Translations under genes and position numbers: made by a program | Notes under the pieces: generated by a model | What the model saw: only the letters and a program-made list of their open reading frames with translations | The model's database searches: none | Told to the model about the DNA's origin: nothing | In this document: positions 18,642-27,602 of the stretch, in pieces | Position numbering within the stretch: position 1 is the stretch's first letter | Layout of the letters: each line of letters starts with the position of its first letter | Source of the DNA: Bacteroidota bacterium | GTDB taxonomy: Bacteria; Bacteroidota; Ignavibacteria; UBA10030; SZUA-254 | Reading direction: 5' to 3' | Assembly: GCA_049515655.1 (NCBI GenBank) | Contig: JBEKTW010000001.1 | Location: forward strand, 419-64,418 | DNA: 64,000 bases

Positions 18642-21530
18642 CTACTTCCGTACTTCACTCGAAATCCATTCGAGGTACTTTTCCATCCTTGTGAGAAAAT
18701 TCAAATACGCCGTCGACCATTCGACAGGACTGGCCGGCTGGGATTTCCCCACCACATCCTGGAATAACTTGGCGACCACTACGGCAACTTTCTTTCTCCC
18801 TTCTTCCACGACCGCTTCCACGTCCGACGAATAAAAAACCTTCAGCGTATTGATGTCCCACCTCACGCGGGACTCGGGGGTGTGCTTCGCGAAGAACGAG
18901 AGGTCGGTCTTATCGCCGCCCGACATCTGGTAAATCAAGAGATCCCATTTGTGCATGTTGTCGCTGAAATTTTTCTCGTTTTGACAAAAGTCAATACGCA
19001 AACGCGACGCGGTCTGCTCCGTAGCGAGTGTGTGCCGGAACAGCGCTTCGCCCCCGACGTACTGGCTTAGCAAATCGATGTCAGTCCAGAGGCCGAGGAC
19101 GCGATTCACCGCAACGTAGGTTTCCAGCTCATAATTTCGTCCGCTCGCCAGCGCCTTTGAGCCGGCTTGCTGCTTCTCGAGCATTTTCATCTTAACTTCC
19201 GCCTCAATATCGCCTTTGGTCCGCTCGGTTTTGAACGTGTCTTCAGCTATCGACGGGGGAGGGGGCCCTTTCCGCGTATGTTCGAACAGTGGCGCGCGCT
19301 GGTGCCATTCCAACTGGTCGAACTTCTTGGCTGAGCCAGAGAACGAAGTGGTTGTCGTCGCGTGACCTTTGAGAAGCGTGAGCAGATTCGTGAATAGCCT
19401 GTCCTTGTATCGTGTTTGAAAATGGCTCATGTCGGCAAGGATATACACTTCTTCCTCAGCGGAGGCGAGGACCGATGCCAGAAGTCGCATGATAAACTGT
19501 TCTCCCGCTTTCTTGTCGTCGATCGGACGCATGGTGTAGTCGACACCCGACATCGTCGTATCGAAGATGATCGCCTTTTTCCGTCTTCCCACAAATCCCT
19601 GCGGCAAGCCGACTTCCACGTTGCGAATGCCGTGCAGCCGGAGCTGGAGTTTTGTCGAGAGTGTCGGACCGGGAAACGGCACGACGACACCGATGTCCCC
19701 GGCGATTCGATGCGGCTGCAGCAAGGCGTTCTTCACGCACTCGATCGTTTTCTTCGTCTGGAGGTCGTTGAACGGAAGGATCTTCTTTCTCCCGATATAT
19801 TGGCGGCATTTCGAATGAAGGTCGGTTGTGTCGATGAAATAGATTGTTCCGCGCGGCTTCACGGAAGCAGGGAGACTGATTTTTTCGGGAAACAATTTGG
19901 AAAGAAAAAAGTGAGAGAACTGCGGCTTCTCCGAATCCGGCGGAGAGAGAAAAACCGACGATTGTTGCTGCTGTTCTTTCCATTCAAAGAGCTGTGCGAG
20001 CTCGCGGGTTCCGGCAACCTGCACAAAGATGTCCTGCTGCAGCCAGCTCTGCGCCAGCTCCGATTTGGAGCAGGATTCCGGTTCGAGCTGAAATGGGTCT
20101 CCCGCGACGACCATCTGCCCCGACGAGCGAAGGGCGAGGACGGCAAGATGCGCCAGGTTGACGCGTTCCGCATTGTCGATGATAACAACGTCGAATTGCT
20201 GCGCACTAAAATGAGGGTCGGCAAGTGCCGTCGCGACCGTTGCGATGACCAGAGGTTTTGTCCGCAGCAGGTCGGAACGGTCGACCTTCAGGTATTCGTC
20301 CGCAGTCTGCATCACCCGGTCAATACCGCCAAGTTCGGTGATACGCTTCAGGGCGGATTGGTATTCCCTCAACCGTTCCGGCGTGACCGGAGCGTTGTTC
20401 TCCAGCTTTGATATCTCCGAGGCGATATTCTGTTGAATCGCCTGCAGTCTTTTTTGAGACGCGACTTTTTCGTCGCACTGTTTCTGCGTGACGACGGACT
20501 CATCTCTGCTGAAACCTTTCTTCATCCGTTCAAGCATGGAGGCGTTCTTCACCCGGTTGAGAGCATCCCGCAATTTCAGCAGTTCCTCGGAAATCTGAAG
20601 AACCTGCTGTTTCTTCTCGTCGAGCCTTTTGTTGAGGTCATCAAGTCGCGCACTGAAGTCTTCATGGAGGACCTGTTTAATTCTCGTCGACCGGTATGTG
20701 TCAAGCAGCGTGAAGACCTCCGGAAATTTCCTTCTCGTCTCGGCGTGAAGCGCCGAGGACTGGAGTTCAAGGGATACCTGACCGACTGTGGCAGAGTTCA
20801 GATCGAGCGGAAACCCTGCGCGCAGTGCGGAAGGAAGAATATTCACTCCGATCTGGTCGCCCGCGCGTGAAATTTCTTCCAGAAGGCCGTCGGCTCGCTC
20901 GCAGGTCTGCGTCAGATAGAGTACTCTTTTTCCGGCTTTCACGAAGTTCACGGTCGCCGAAGCCAGGATCTCCGACTCACCGGATCCGGATGGTCCCCAG
21001 AGAAACGTGACGCTGTTCCGTATCATTTTCCCGACCGCGTCCTGCTGATGGGGTGGCATGTCCGGAGGGAAGAGAGGCTCGACCGTCCCCTCGACGCCCA
21101 AGTTCTCTTCAAGTCCGAACAGCATCGAAGCGATCGGAGGCGGATCCTCGATTGAAGAAAGCAAGCCGATGACGGGTTTCATCTCTTCATCGAAATTCCA
21201 CGAGCACCGTACTTCGGGAATCACATGTCCGACATCCACCGGCAGCGCGACGACGACGAACTGGTTGCTGACGCTGACGATGCAGCCCTTCACCACGACC
21301 GGGTCCGAGTGCCCGAGCGTAAACGTGGCCTGGGTGACTGCCTGCAGCCACATATCCTCGGGAACTTCGAAGCGGTAGTAGTAATACTCGGCAAACGGGC
21401 CGAGGAACTCGCCGCTCACGAGTGTCGCCCCCCGGCGCGTGGTATTAAGCTGGTCGAGTTCGCCCTGAAGCGCCTGTGAAAGGATACCGTAAAGAGAACG
21501 AACCGCTTCTGCCCGCTGTTCTGAATTCAT
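18642..21530 (-). CDS. Upf1-like SF1B helicase homologue with degenerate ATPase motifs (pseudo-helicase) and a novel C-terminal extension
   Basis: 962 aa. Motif Q-Ia PHQQDAVGKMIRNSVTFLWGPSGSGES (Walker A GPPGTGKT becomes GPSGSGES, lysine to glutamate). Walker B VVIIDNAERV (catalytic glutamate becomes asparagine). Motif III GDPFQLEP is intact. Motif V/VI-like GVVVPF...AIIFDTT...RLLASVLASAEEEVYIL. There is an approximately 230-aa coiled-coil insert between Walker A and B, and an uncharacterised C-terminal tail of about 300 aa. Confidence 0.75.
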   Translation of the reverse strand: MNSEQRAEAVRSLYGILSQALQGELDQLNTTRRGATLVSGEFLGPFAEYYYYRFEVPEDMWLQAVTQATFTLGHSDPVVVKGCIVSVSNQFVVVALPVDVGHVIPEVRCSWNFDEEMKPVIGLLSSIEDPPPIASMLFGLEENLGVEGTVEPLFPPDMPPHQQDAVGKMIRNSVTFLWGPSGSGESEILASATVNFVKAGKRVLYLTQTCERADGLLEEISRAGDQIGVNILPSALRAGFPLDLNSATVGQVSLELQSSALHAETRRKFPEVFTLLDTYRSTRIKQVLHEDFSARLDDLNKRLDEKKQQVLQISEELLKLRDALNRVKNASMLERMKKGFSRDESVVTQKQCDEKVASQKRLQAIQQNIASEISKLENNAPVTPERLREYQSALKRITELGGIDRVMQTADEYLKVDRSDLLRTKPLVIATVATALADPHFSAQQFDVVIIDNAERVNLAHLAVLALRSSGQMVVAGDPFQLEPESCSKSELAQSWLQQDIFVQVAGTRELAQLFEWKEQQQQSSVFLSPPDSEKPQFSHFFLSKLFPEKISLPASVKPRGTIYFIDTTDLHSKCRQYIGRKKILPFNDLQTKKTIECVKNALLQPHRIAGDIGVVVPFPGPTLSTKLQLRLHGIRNVEVGLPQGFVGRRKKAIIFDTTMSGVDYTMRPIDDKKAGEQFIMRLLASVLASAEEEVYILADMSHFQTRYKDRLFTNLLTLLKGHATTTTSFSGSAKKFDQLEWHQRAPLFEHTRKGPPPPSIAEDTFKTERTKGDIEAEVKMKMLEKQQAGSKALASGRNYELETYVAVNRVLGLWTDIDLLSQYVGGEALFRHTLATEQTASRLRIDFCQNEKNFSDNMHKWDLLIYQMSGGDKTDLSFFAKHTPESRVRWDINTLKVFYSSDVEAVVEEGRKKVAVVVAKLFQDVVGKSQPASPVEWSTAYLNFLTRMEKYLEWISSEVRK

Positions 21531-21643
21531 GCCTGCTCCGTGCTATTATGAGCGACGTGAAAGCGGAAAGAATTCGTGAGGGGGCAGCCCTCAATCCGGG
21601 AAGAGTCGGGGAAACGGGAATCGTGTAATCTCTTGCGCACGGC

Positions 21644-21937
21644 CTAGAGTGATCTCCAGACATTCCATGCCAGGACAAGCCAGCCGGCGAGAAAGCAAAG
21701 TCCTCCCACAGGTGTGATTGCCCCGAGCCAGCGGATGTCGGTCAGACTGAGGGCGTAAAGACTTCCGGAAAAGAGGATCGTTCCTCCGACGAAAAAGCAT
21801 TTCATGTCAAGCTTTCTCTCCATATTCCACACTTGCAAGAGTATGAACTCCTCCCCGGATCCTATAGTCAAGGACGACTTGCATCCATTTGGGTTTGCAG
21901 CAACCCGCAAGGTCGTTGAGGATATGATTGGCCGCAT
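21644..21937 (-). pseudogene. DUF423 (YgdD-family) membrane protein, C-terminal half only
   Basis: [49 protein letters not shown] matches the C-terminal two TM helices of the approximately 125-aa DUF423 family. The expected N-terminal half is missing, and the upstream in-frame sequence is non-hydrophobic and overlaps queF. Confidence 0.4.
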
Positions 21938-22253
21938 GTTCCTGATAGATACCGACGTTGCGATAACTGAGCAGATAATACTTCAATGAACGCAATTCGA
22001 TGAGGAATTTGTCGGGGATGTAGTTGACTTTGACCGTCCCGAAATCGGGCAAGCCAGACCAGGGGCAGACGGCTGTAAATTCATCGGTATCGATGTTGAT
22101 TATTGCATCCTTTCCCAGGTACTCATACGGAAACGAATGAAGAACGCCCGGGTCGATTGACTCGGCGGTTTCCACATCGTAGCGCCTGTCGAGCGGTTGG
22201 AACTGCACATTGGCCGCAGCGGATGCCCGCTTTGATTGTTGCTTTTTCCTCAT
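21807..22253 (-). CDS. queF: NADPH-dependent 7-cyano-7-deazaguanine (preQ0) reductase, unimodular type
   Basis: 148 aa. Catalytic Cys in [14 protein letters not shown] and the QueF motif [14 protein letters not shown] (E(S/L)K(S/A)LK(L/Y)Y). Confidence 0.8.
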   Translation of the reverse strand: MRKKQQSKRASAAANVQFQPLDRRYDVETAESIDPGVLHSFPYEYLGKDAIINIDTDEFTAVCPWSGLPDFGTVKVNYIPDKFLIELRSLKYYLLSYRNVGIYQEHAANHILNDLAGCCKPKWMQVVLDYRIRGGVHTLASVEYGEKA

Positions 22254-22764
22254 TTTCTTGCTACTTTCCCTACTGAAAACTCGTACTGTTTCTCAGTCGT
22301 TCTCTAACAATATACGAGTTTTTAGTGTTGAAGTCCATGTAAGCTCAAGTTTGTCTTACGTAGAAGGATATTCATGGTAAGTCAATTCTTTGACAAAGTG
22401 GATCGACATCAGAACAAACATCATCTCGTGGCACCCGGGAGGAGATTTTGTCGCCTAATCGAAAGAAATCATTCCCCCGGACTCGCGACGCACATGCCGC
22501 ACTCATCAAAAGTGATGACAATTCCGTTCATTTCAATTCCTTATTTCATTTCCACGGGGAAGATGTCCTGGGAGATGATCGCGGGCACATTGAAGTTAAT
22601 GAAAAGAAAACCATTTTGACGGGTGGCGATCATTGACTCCGGTGGTTAGCAAAATGGAAAGAATTGCTGTGATGATGATCAATCATGTGATCTTCATGGT
22701 TGCATATTCAACGACATTTCGATATATTTTTTGAGTGGCGGTCATTTATAACCGGTGATATCGA

Positions 22765-25059
22765 TTGCAGGATAACGAAGACAAAATACAAGCGGCGAGG
22801 CAAGCGGCGGTAGAAGACGAGATACGTCACATTGAGCAGGACCTGGAACCGCGCGCCCTTGAGCTTGCCGGTCAATGGTTGAAGCAGGAGGATCGTCTCC
22901 GCCAGCAGGAGTTGCAGGCCTCCGAAATTGAACGTCGCCGGGAAGAAGGTGTTCTCCAGGGGCGGCTTCAGGATTTTACCCGCAAGCTCGAGGAGGGACG
23001 AAAGAGAAGGGAAGACGCGCGCCGGCGTGCGGAGGAAGAACGTCTAAGGGCTGAAGAAGAACGAAAGAGATTAGAGCAGGAAAAACTGCCAAAACCTGAA
23101 CCTTTGAAAGAACAACCGCAGCCGTCGGCCAAGAAGGCAGCTCAGGAGGATGCGATCTGGGGATCGGTGGAACAGGCGGCGGAAGAAGTTCACGTCGAGG
23201 CGCCGAAAGCAACAGACGCGCCGAGACCAACAGACGCGCTCCTCAATCGGGCCCGGGAGTTTTTCTCCCAAGGTGATGTTGAGAATGCTGCCGCTGTGAT
23301 TGCCAGGGCACTGGAGCTTGACCCCTCGCACGAGGCCGCCTTGAAATTTCAAAAGGAAATTGCACCAGGGCGAGCAGCTGCAACGGAGGCTGCGCCAGTC
23401 GAAGCTGCCGCCCAGGAAGAGACTGAAGCTCCTCCCAAGGCGAAGCCCAAATTGTCGAAGAAGACCGTCACCAGATTGGTCTGGATAGCCGGGGGGGCGA
23501 TACTTCTCGGCGTGGCTGTCGTGCTGTTCTTCCGTTTCAAGAGCACACTATTTCCACGCAATGTTTCTATCGCAGTCATGCCCTTCACCGATGGTAGCGC
23601 TGCTTCTGCTGGGAGCGCCATCGGCTCGTCACTCGCGCAGGAAATTGTGAGTCGCCTGGAGCATTTGAAGTCCGTGAGCGTGATGGGGTTCTCTTCATCG
23701 CAGGCAGTGGCGCGCTCGGCATCCGACGCGCCGCATGCCGTCTTTGACCTGGGGTACCCTGTCATCCTCGAAGGGAAAATCAGGATGGGGGAGGGAAGCT
23801 ACGTCGTGGATGTGAAGATATCGGATTCCGTGGGCGCAACGCAGTGGTCACACTCGTATGAGAAAACTGCGGATCAACTGGCACAGCTTCCGAGTGAAAT
23901 TGTTGCGCAAATCGTGGACTCGTATGGTCTTGCGCTCGACGCCCAGAGCAAAACCTTCCTCTCCGCGGAGGTCACGTCGAACGGCAACGCCTATACGGCA
24001 TACCTCCAGGGACTTGCCCTTCTTCAACATCATGATGCCGACAGCGCACAGAGAGCGCTCGAGCTATTTCAGCAGGCTATCGATCAGGATAAGGAATTCA
24101 TGGGAGTGCTGGCGGAGGCATCGCTGGCGGTCATAGCGAAAGCTGAGTACAGCGGGAACGCGGATGAGAGCACCCTTGCGCACGCGGAGCAGTTGGCCCG
24201 CGCCTGCATGACGGCAGATGCATCTGTTGTCGAGGCGCATGTAGCGCTGGGGAAAATATTCGGTCTTCGAAAGCAGTACGATGCCGCCCTCAAGGAATTT
24301 GACGGGGCATTGGAGCAGTCGCCGAACAATACCGAAGCACTTGCCGCGAAGGCCCGCATCTATCTCGAAATCGGAAAATACGACGATGCCACGGACGCAT
24401 TGACTCGTGCAACGGAGCTGAACCCCCGCGACCCCGCGATCCTGGAGTTATTTGCCTTCGCCAATCAGCTCAAGAACGACCCGCGTGAGGCGAGCCGGTA
24501 CCACGAGATCGCTCTGCCGGTTTCCGAAGACTCGACGCGATACCTGACCGGGCCGATGGCCGATGCCATTCTGTTTGACCCCGATATGATTTTGAGTTAC
24601 GGTGGGCGCGTGGCGGCGGCGCTCGAACACAACATTACGTCCGACCCCACTGACTATGTGGACATGTATCGGCTTGGTCGTCTCCTCCAGGTGAGCGGGA
24701 AGGTCCCCGAGGCGTCGGAAATGTTGGGAAGACTTTCGGAGCTGCTGCGCAGAGATCTTCGTGTTCATCCGCAGAATGCCAATGCCATGGTCTGTCTTGG
24801 TCTTGCGTTGACCCGGTTGGGCAAGTTCCCTGAAGCCGCGGACCTTGCCAAGAAGGCATTGGTGGTGGGCAAGTCGGATCCCGGGATTCCGTACAAAGTG
24901 GCACAGATCTATGCTCTTCAGAAAAATCCCGAAGCTCTACAGATTCTACATGATGCAGTTGCAGGACAATTCAGGCTGGCCGAACTAACAAACGGCGATT
25001 TCTATAATTTCCGTGATAACCAGGATTTTTATTCAACTATTCAGTTGTCATCGAAATAG
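22765..25059 (+). CDS. single-pass membrane protein with charged cytoplasmic coiled-coil and C-terminal TPR domain (paralogue 1)
   Basis: 764 aa. Glu/Arg-rich coiled coil (RRREEGV...RRRAEEERLRAEEERKRLEQEK), a TPR-like unit (...ALELDPSHEAALKFQKEI), TM LVWIAGGAILLGVAVVLFF, and a C-terminal about 180 aa recognisably similar to the C-terminus of the next gene (…RYLTGPMADAIL… vs …RYLVGPVADAIL…). Confidence 0.65.
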   Translation: MQDNEDKIQAARQAAVEDEIRHIEQDLEPRALELAGQWLKQEDRLRQQELQASEIERRREEGVLQGRLQDFTRKLEEGRKRREDARRRAEEERLRAEEERKRLEQEKLPKPEPLKEQPQPSAKKAAQEDAIWGSVEQAAEEVHVEAPKATDAPRPTDALLNRAREFFSQGDVENAAAVIARALELDPSHEAALKFQKEIAPGRAAATEAAPVEAAAQEETEAPPKAKPKLSKKTVTRLVWIAGGAILLGVAVVLFFRFKSTLFPRNVSIAVMPFTDGSAASAGSAIGSSLAQEIVSRLEHLKSVSVMGFSSSQAVARSASDAPHAVFDLGYPVILEGKIRMGEGSYVVDVKISDSVGATQWSHSYEKTADQLAQLPSEIVAQIVDSYGLALDAQSKTFLSAEVTSNGNAYTAYLQGLALLQHHDADSAQRALELFQQAIDQDKEFMGVLAEASLAVIAKAEYSGNADESTLAHAEQLARACMTADASVVEAHVALGKIFGLRKQYDAALKEFDGALEQSPNNTEALAAKARIYLEIGKYDDATDALTRATELNPRDPAILELFAFANQLKNDPREASRYHEIALPVSEDSTRYLTGPMADAILFDPDMILSYGGRVAAALEHNITSDPTDYVDMYRLGRLLQVSGKVPEASEMLGRLSELLRRDLRVHPQNANAMVCLGLALTRLGKFPEAADLAKKALVVGKSDPGIPYKVAQIYALQKNPEALQILHDAVAGQFRLAELTNGDFYNFRDNQDFYSTIQLSSK

Positions 25060-25065
25060 GAACAT

Positions 25066-27558
25066 ATGGCAAACAATCCATCTCCAGAAGACCAACAAAA
25101 ACGTGCCAATGACTACCTGATCGTTGTCCCCGATTTTATCAGGTTGAAGGATTACGACCTGGCACTCCTGCAAGTCGAACGCGCCCTTTCCATCGATCCC
25201 GGCAATGCCAAGGCCCTCGAGTACAGGAAGCGCATCATCGCCATCCAGGGGCGCCCTGCGCAGCCCCCTTCTCCTCCTCCCACGGCTGAAGTTAAACCGG
25301 ATGAAAAAGAAATCCTCCAGAGTCGTAAGCAGGAAAAATTGCGGGAGCTGGAGGAAGAGCGGAGAAGATTGGAGAAGATCAGGCAGGAATTCGAGGAACT
25401 CCAGCGGCAGGAGGAGGAGCTTCATAGAAAGGAGGAGGAGGAACGAAAACGGCGCATCGAGGAAGTTAGGAAAGTAGAGGAACAACGGCGCCTAGAGGAG
25501 GAGGAACGGCGGCAACTCCTGGAACTTAAGAGAAAAGAGGAAGAACAAAAACGACAGGAGGAGATGAGTAGAAAAAAGGAGGAAGAAGAACGTCTGCGCC
25601 GTGAGGAAGAAGAGCGGAAAAGACAGGAGGAACTGCGAAAGAAAGAGGAAGAAGAGGAACGGAGAAAACAAGAAGAATTGAAAAGGAAAGAGGAGGAAGA
25701 GCGGAAAAGGCAGGAGGAACTGCGAAAGAAGCAGGAAGAAGAGGAACGGAGAAAGCAGGAGGAACTGAAAAGGAAAGAGGAGGAAGAGCGGAAAAGGCAG
25801 GAGGAACTGCGAAGGAAGCAGGAAGAAGAAGAACGGAAAAAACAGGAAGAACTGAAGAGGAAACAGGAAGAAGAGCGCAGGAGGCAGGAAGAAGTCCGGA
25901 AAAAGCAGGAGGAAGAACGGCAGCGGAAAATCCAGGAACTGCAATCTCAGCTTGAAGGCCTGAAGCAGGAAGAAGAGCGGCAAAAGAAGCTGGAGGAAGA
26001 GGCCAGGATAAAACAACAGGAACAGGAAAAACGGCGACACGAGGAGCAGTCGCGCAGACATGAAGAAGAACGTCGGAGGGCTGAACAGCAGAAAAGAAAA
26101 GCCGCCGAACACAAGGCGAAAGAGGAGGAACAGAAGCGGAAGGAAGAGGAACTCCGCCGTCGCGAGGTCGAGCACTTGATCCAGATGGATCCGCTCAGGC
26201 GCCTTGAGGAAGAGACGCGTCTCGCGAAAGAAAAGAAAGACCGCGTCCATGCTCAAATCACAGTCGCGGAGGATTTCTTTAGCTCCGGCAACTATGAACA
26301 GGCAATGGCGGAATTGACGAAGATCTTGGAAGTCGACCCCTCGTATCCGCGGGCGTTGACGCTTCGTCTCCGCATAAAGCAAGCCGAGGAGAAACACAAG
26401 GAACGAGCGACAGCGAAGAATGGCGAAAAAACAGAACCGGTTGTGGAGACCGCTGCGGTGGTAGAGCCCGTGATCATAGAGAAGAATAAGGCTATGAGAA
26501 TCGTGAAGTGGACCGGAGGTGTGGTTCTCATCATCGTCGTCGGCATCATTGTCATGACGCAAATGAGGAGACGAAGTGGCCTGGAAGTCGCGCCCCAGAG
26601 CAAGCCGGCAGCCGAAGGCACGGTGGCGAAGCCTTCACCGGAGACGACAAAGACGCCGATCGCTACACCTGCCAGCGTTGTGCCGACCGTTACGGCGGAG
26701 GAACACGTCGCCCGCGCAAATCTTTTCATCCAGCATAGGTCGTATCAATCTGCGTTGCAGGAATTCGACAGCGCGGCCGCGCTTGCTCCGAAGAGGGTCG
26801 AGACGTTTGTCTCTCAAGCCGATGTCGATCTCAAGGTGGGCAAGTATCCCGACGCGATTAAAGCCCTCTCCCACGCAGCCGAACTTGTACCTCGTGATAC
26901 AACAATTCTTCTGATGACCGCCTTTGCCCACTACCTGAACGGTGCCTACGAAGACGGTTTCAAGTATCACGAGCAGGTATTGGCCCTAACGGTGGATTCA
27001 ATCAGGTACCTCGTGGGACCCGTTGCCGACGCGATTCTCTCCAGCAAGGCGCTCCTTGCAAAATATGGCGGTCGCGTCAAAGCCGCCTTTGAAGGAAGCA
27101 TGAGCGGAGCTCCCAACGACTTTGTCAACAGGTATCGCTATGCGAGACTCCTGCTGGCACTCGGCAGTACGAAAGAAGCGAATGACGTCTTGAAAAAAAA
27201 TGTCGACTACCTTGTTGAGGAATACCGGAATCATCCGGACGACGGGCTGATCACAATGTATCTCGCCCTCTCCATGACGCGGCAAGGACATTTTTCAGAG
27301 GCGGAAGGATTCGCGAAAGATGCCAAGGACCTTGCCCGGGGAAATCCGGAAATTCTCTATAAGATCGCCCAGATGTATGCACTCCAAATGCATTCGTCCC
27401 GGGGACAGGCAACCATCGCCCAAATGAAGAAGAAAGCGCTGCAGTCCGTTCACGAAGCTGTGAACCTGCGATTCATACTGAATGAACTAACCAACGCGGA
27501 CCTGTACAGCGTTTATGGCAAGGATTTCGTCGTCGCCGCTCGGCTCCCGCTAAAGTGA
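25066..27558 (+). CDS. single-pass membrane protein with highly repetitive E/R/K coiled-coil and C-terminal TPR domain (paralogue 2)
   Basis: 830 aa. N-terminal TPR-like unit (LLQVERALSIDPGNAKALEYRKRI), about 300 aa of (EEERKRQEELRKKQEEEERRKQEELKRK)n, a TM (VVLIIVVGIIVMTQM), and a C-terminal domain paralogous to the gene at 22765. Confidence 0.65.
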   Translation: MANNPSPEDQQKRANDYLIVVPDFIRLKDYDLALLQVERALSIDPGNAKALEYRKRIIAIQGRPAQPPSPPPTAEVKPDEKEILQSRKQEKLRELEEERRRLEKIRQEFEELQRQEEELHRKEEEERKRRIEEVRKVEEQRRLEEEERRQLLELKRKEEEQKRQEEMSRKKEEEERLRREEEERKRQEELRKKEEEEERRKQEELKRKEEEERKRQEELRKKQEEEERRKQEELKRKEEEERKRQEELRRKQEEEERKKQEELKRKQEEERRRQEEVRKKQEEERQRKIQELQSQLEGLKQEEERQKKLEEEARIKQQEQEKRRHEEQSRRHEEERRRAEQQKRKAAEHKAKEEEQKRKEEELRRREVEHLIQMDPLRRLEEETRLAKEKKDRVHAQITVAEDFFSSGNYEQAMAELTKILEVDPSYPRALTLRLRIKQAEEKHKERATAKNGEKTEPVVETAAVVEPVIIEKNKAMRIVKWTGGVVLIIVVGIIVMTQMRRRSGLEVAPQSKPAAEGTVAKPSPETTKTPIATPASVVPTVTAEEHVARANLFIQHRSYQSALQEFDSAAALAPKRVETFVSQADVDLKVGKYPDAIKALSHAAELVPRDTTILLMTAFAHYLNGAYEDGFKYHEQVLALTVDSIRYLVGPVADAILSSKALLAKYGGRVKAAFEGSMSGAPNDFVNRYRYARLLLALGSTKEANDVLKKNVDYLVEEYRNHPDDGLITMYLALSMTRQGHFSEAEGFAKDAKDLARGNPEILYKIAQMYALQMHSSRGQATIAQMKKKALQSVHEAVNLRFILNELTNADLYSVYGKDFVVAARLPLK
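25540..25910 (+). repeat. near-perfect 60-bp tandem repeats (about 5-6 copies) inside the CDS
   Basis: Units such as aggaggaactgcgaaagaagcaggaagaagaggaacggagaaagcaggaggaactgaaaaggaaagaggaggaagagcggaaaagg recur with only a few substitutions. They encode 20-aa E/R/K repeats. Confidence 0.8.
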
Positions 27559-27602
27559 ACAACCGCCGGTACATTCGTTGAGAAGAACAACTTTGCATAT
27601 CC

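Noticed and set aside
19416-20411. 331-aa plus-strand ORF
   Set aside because: Antisense shadow inside the 962-aa helicase-like gene.
25492-26562. 356-aa minus-strand ORF full of F/L/P repeats
   Set aside because: Reverse-frame reading of the 60-bp tandem repeats of the coiled-coil gene.
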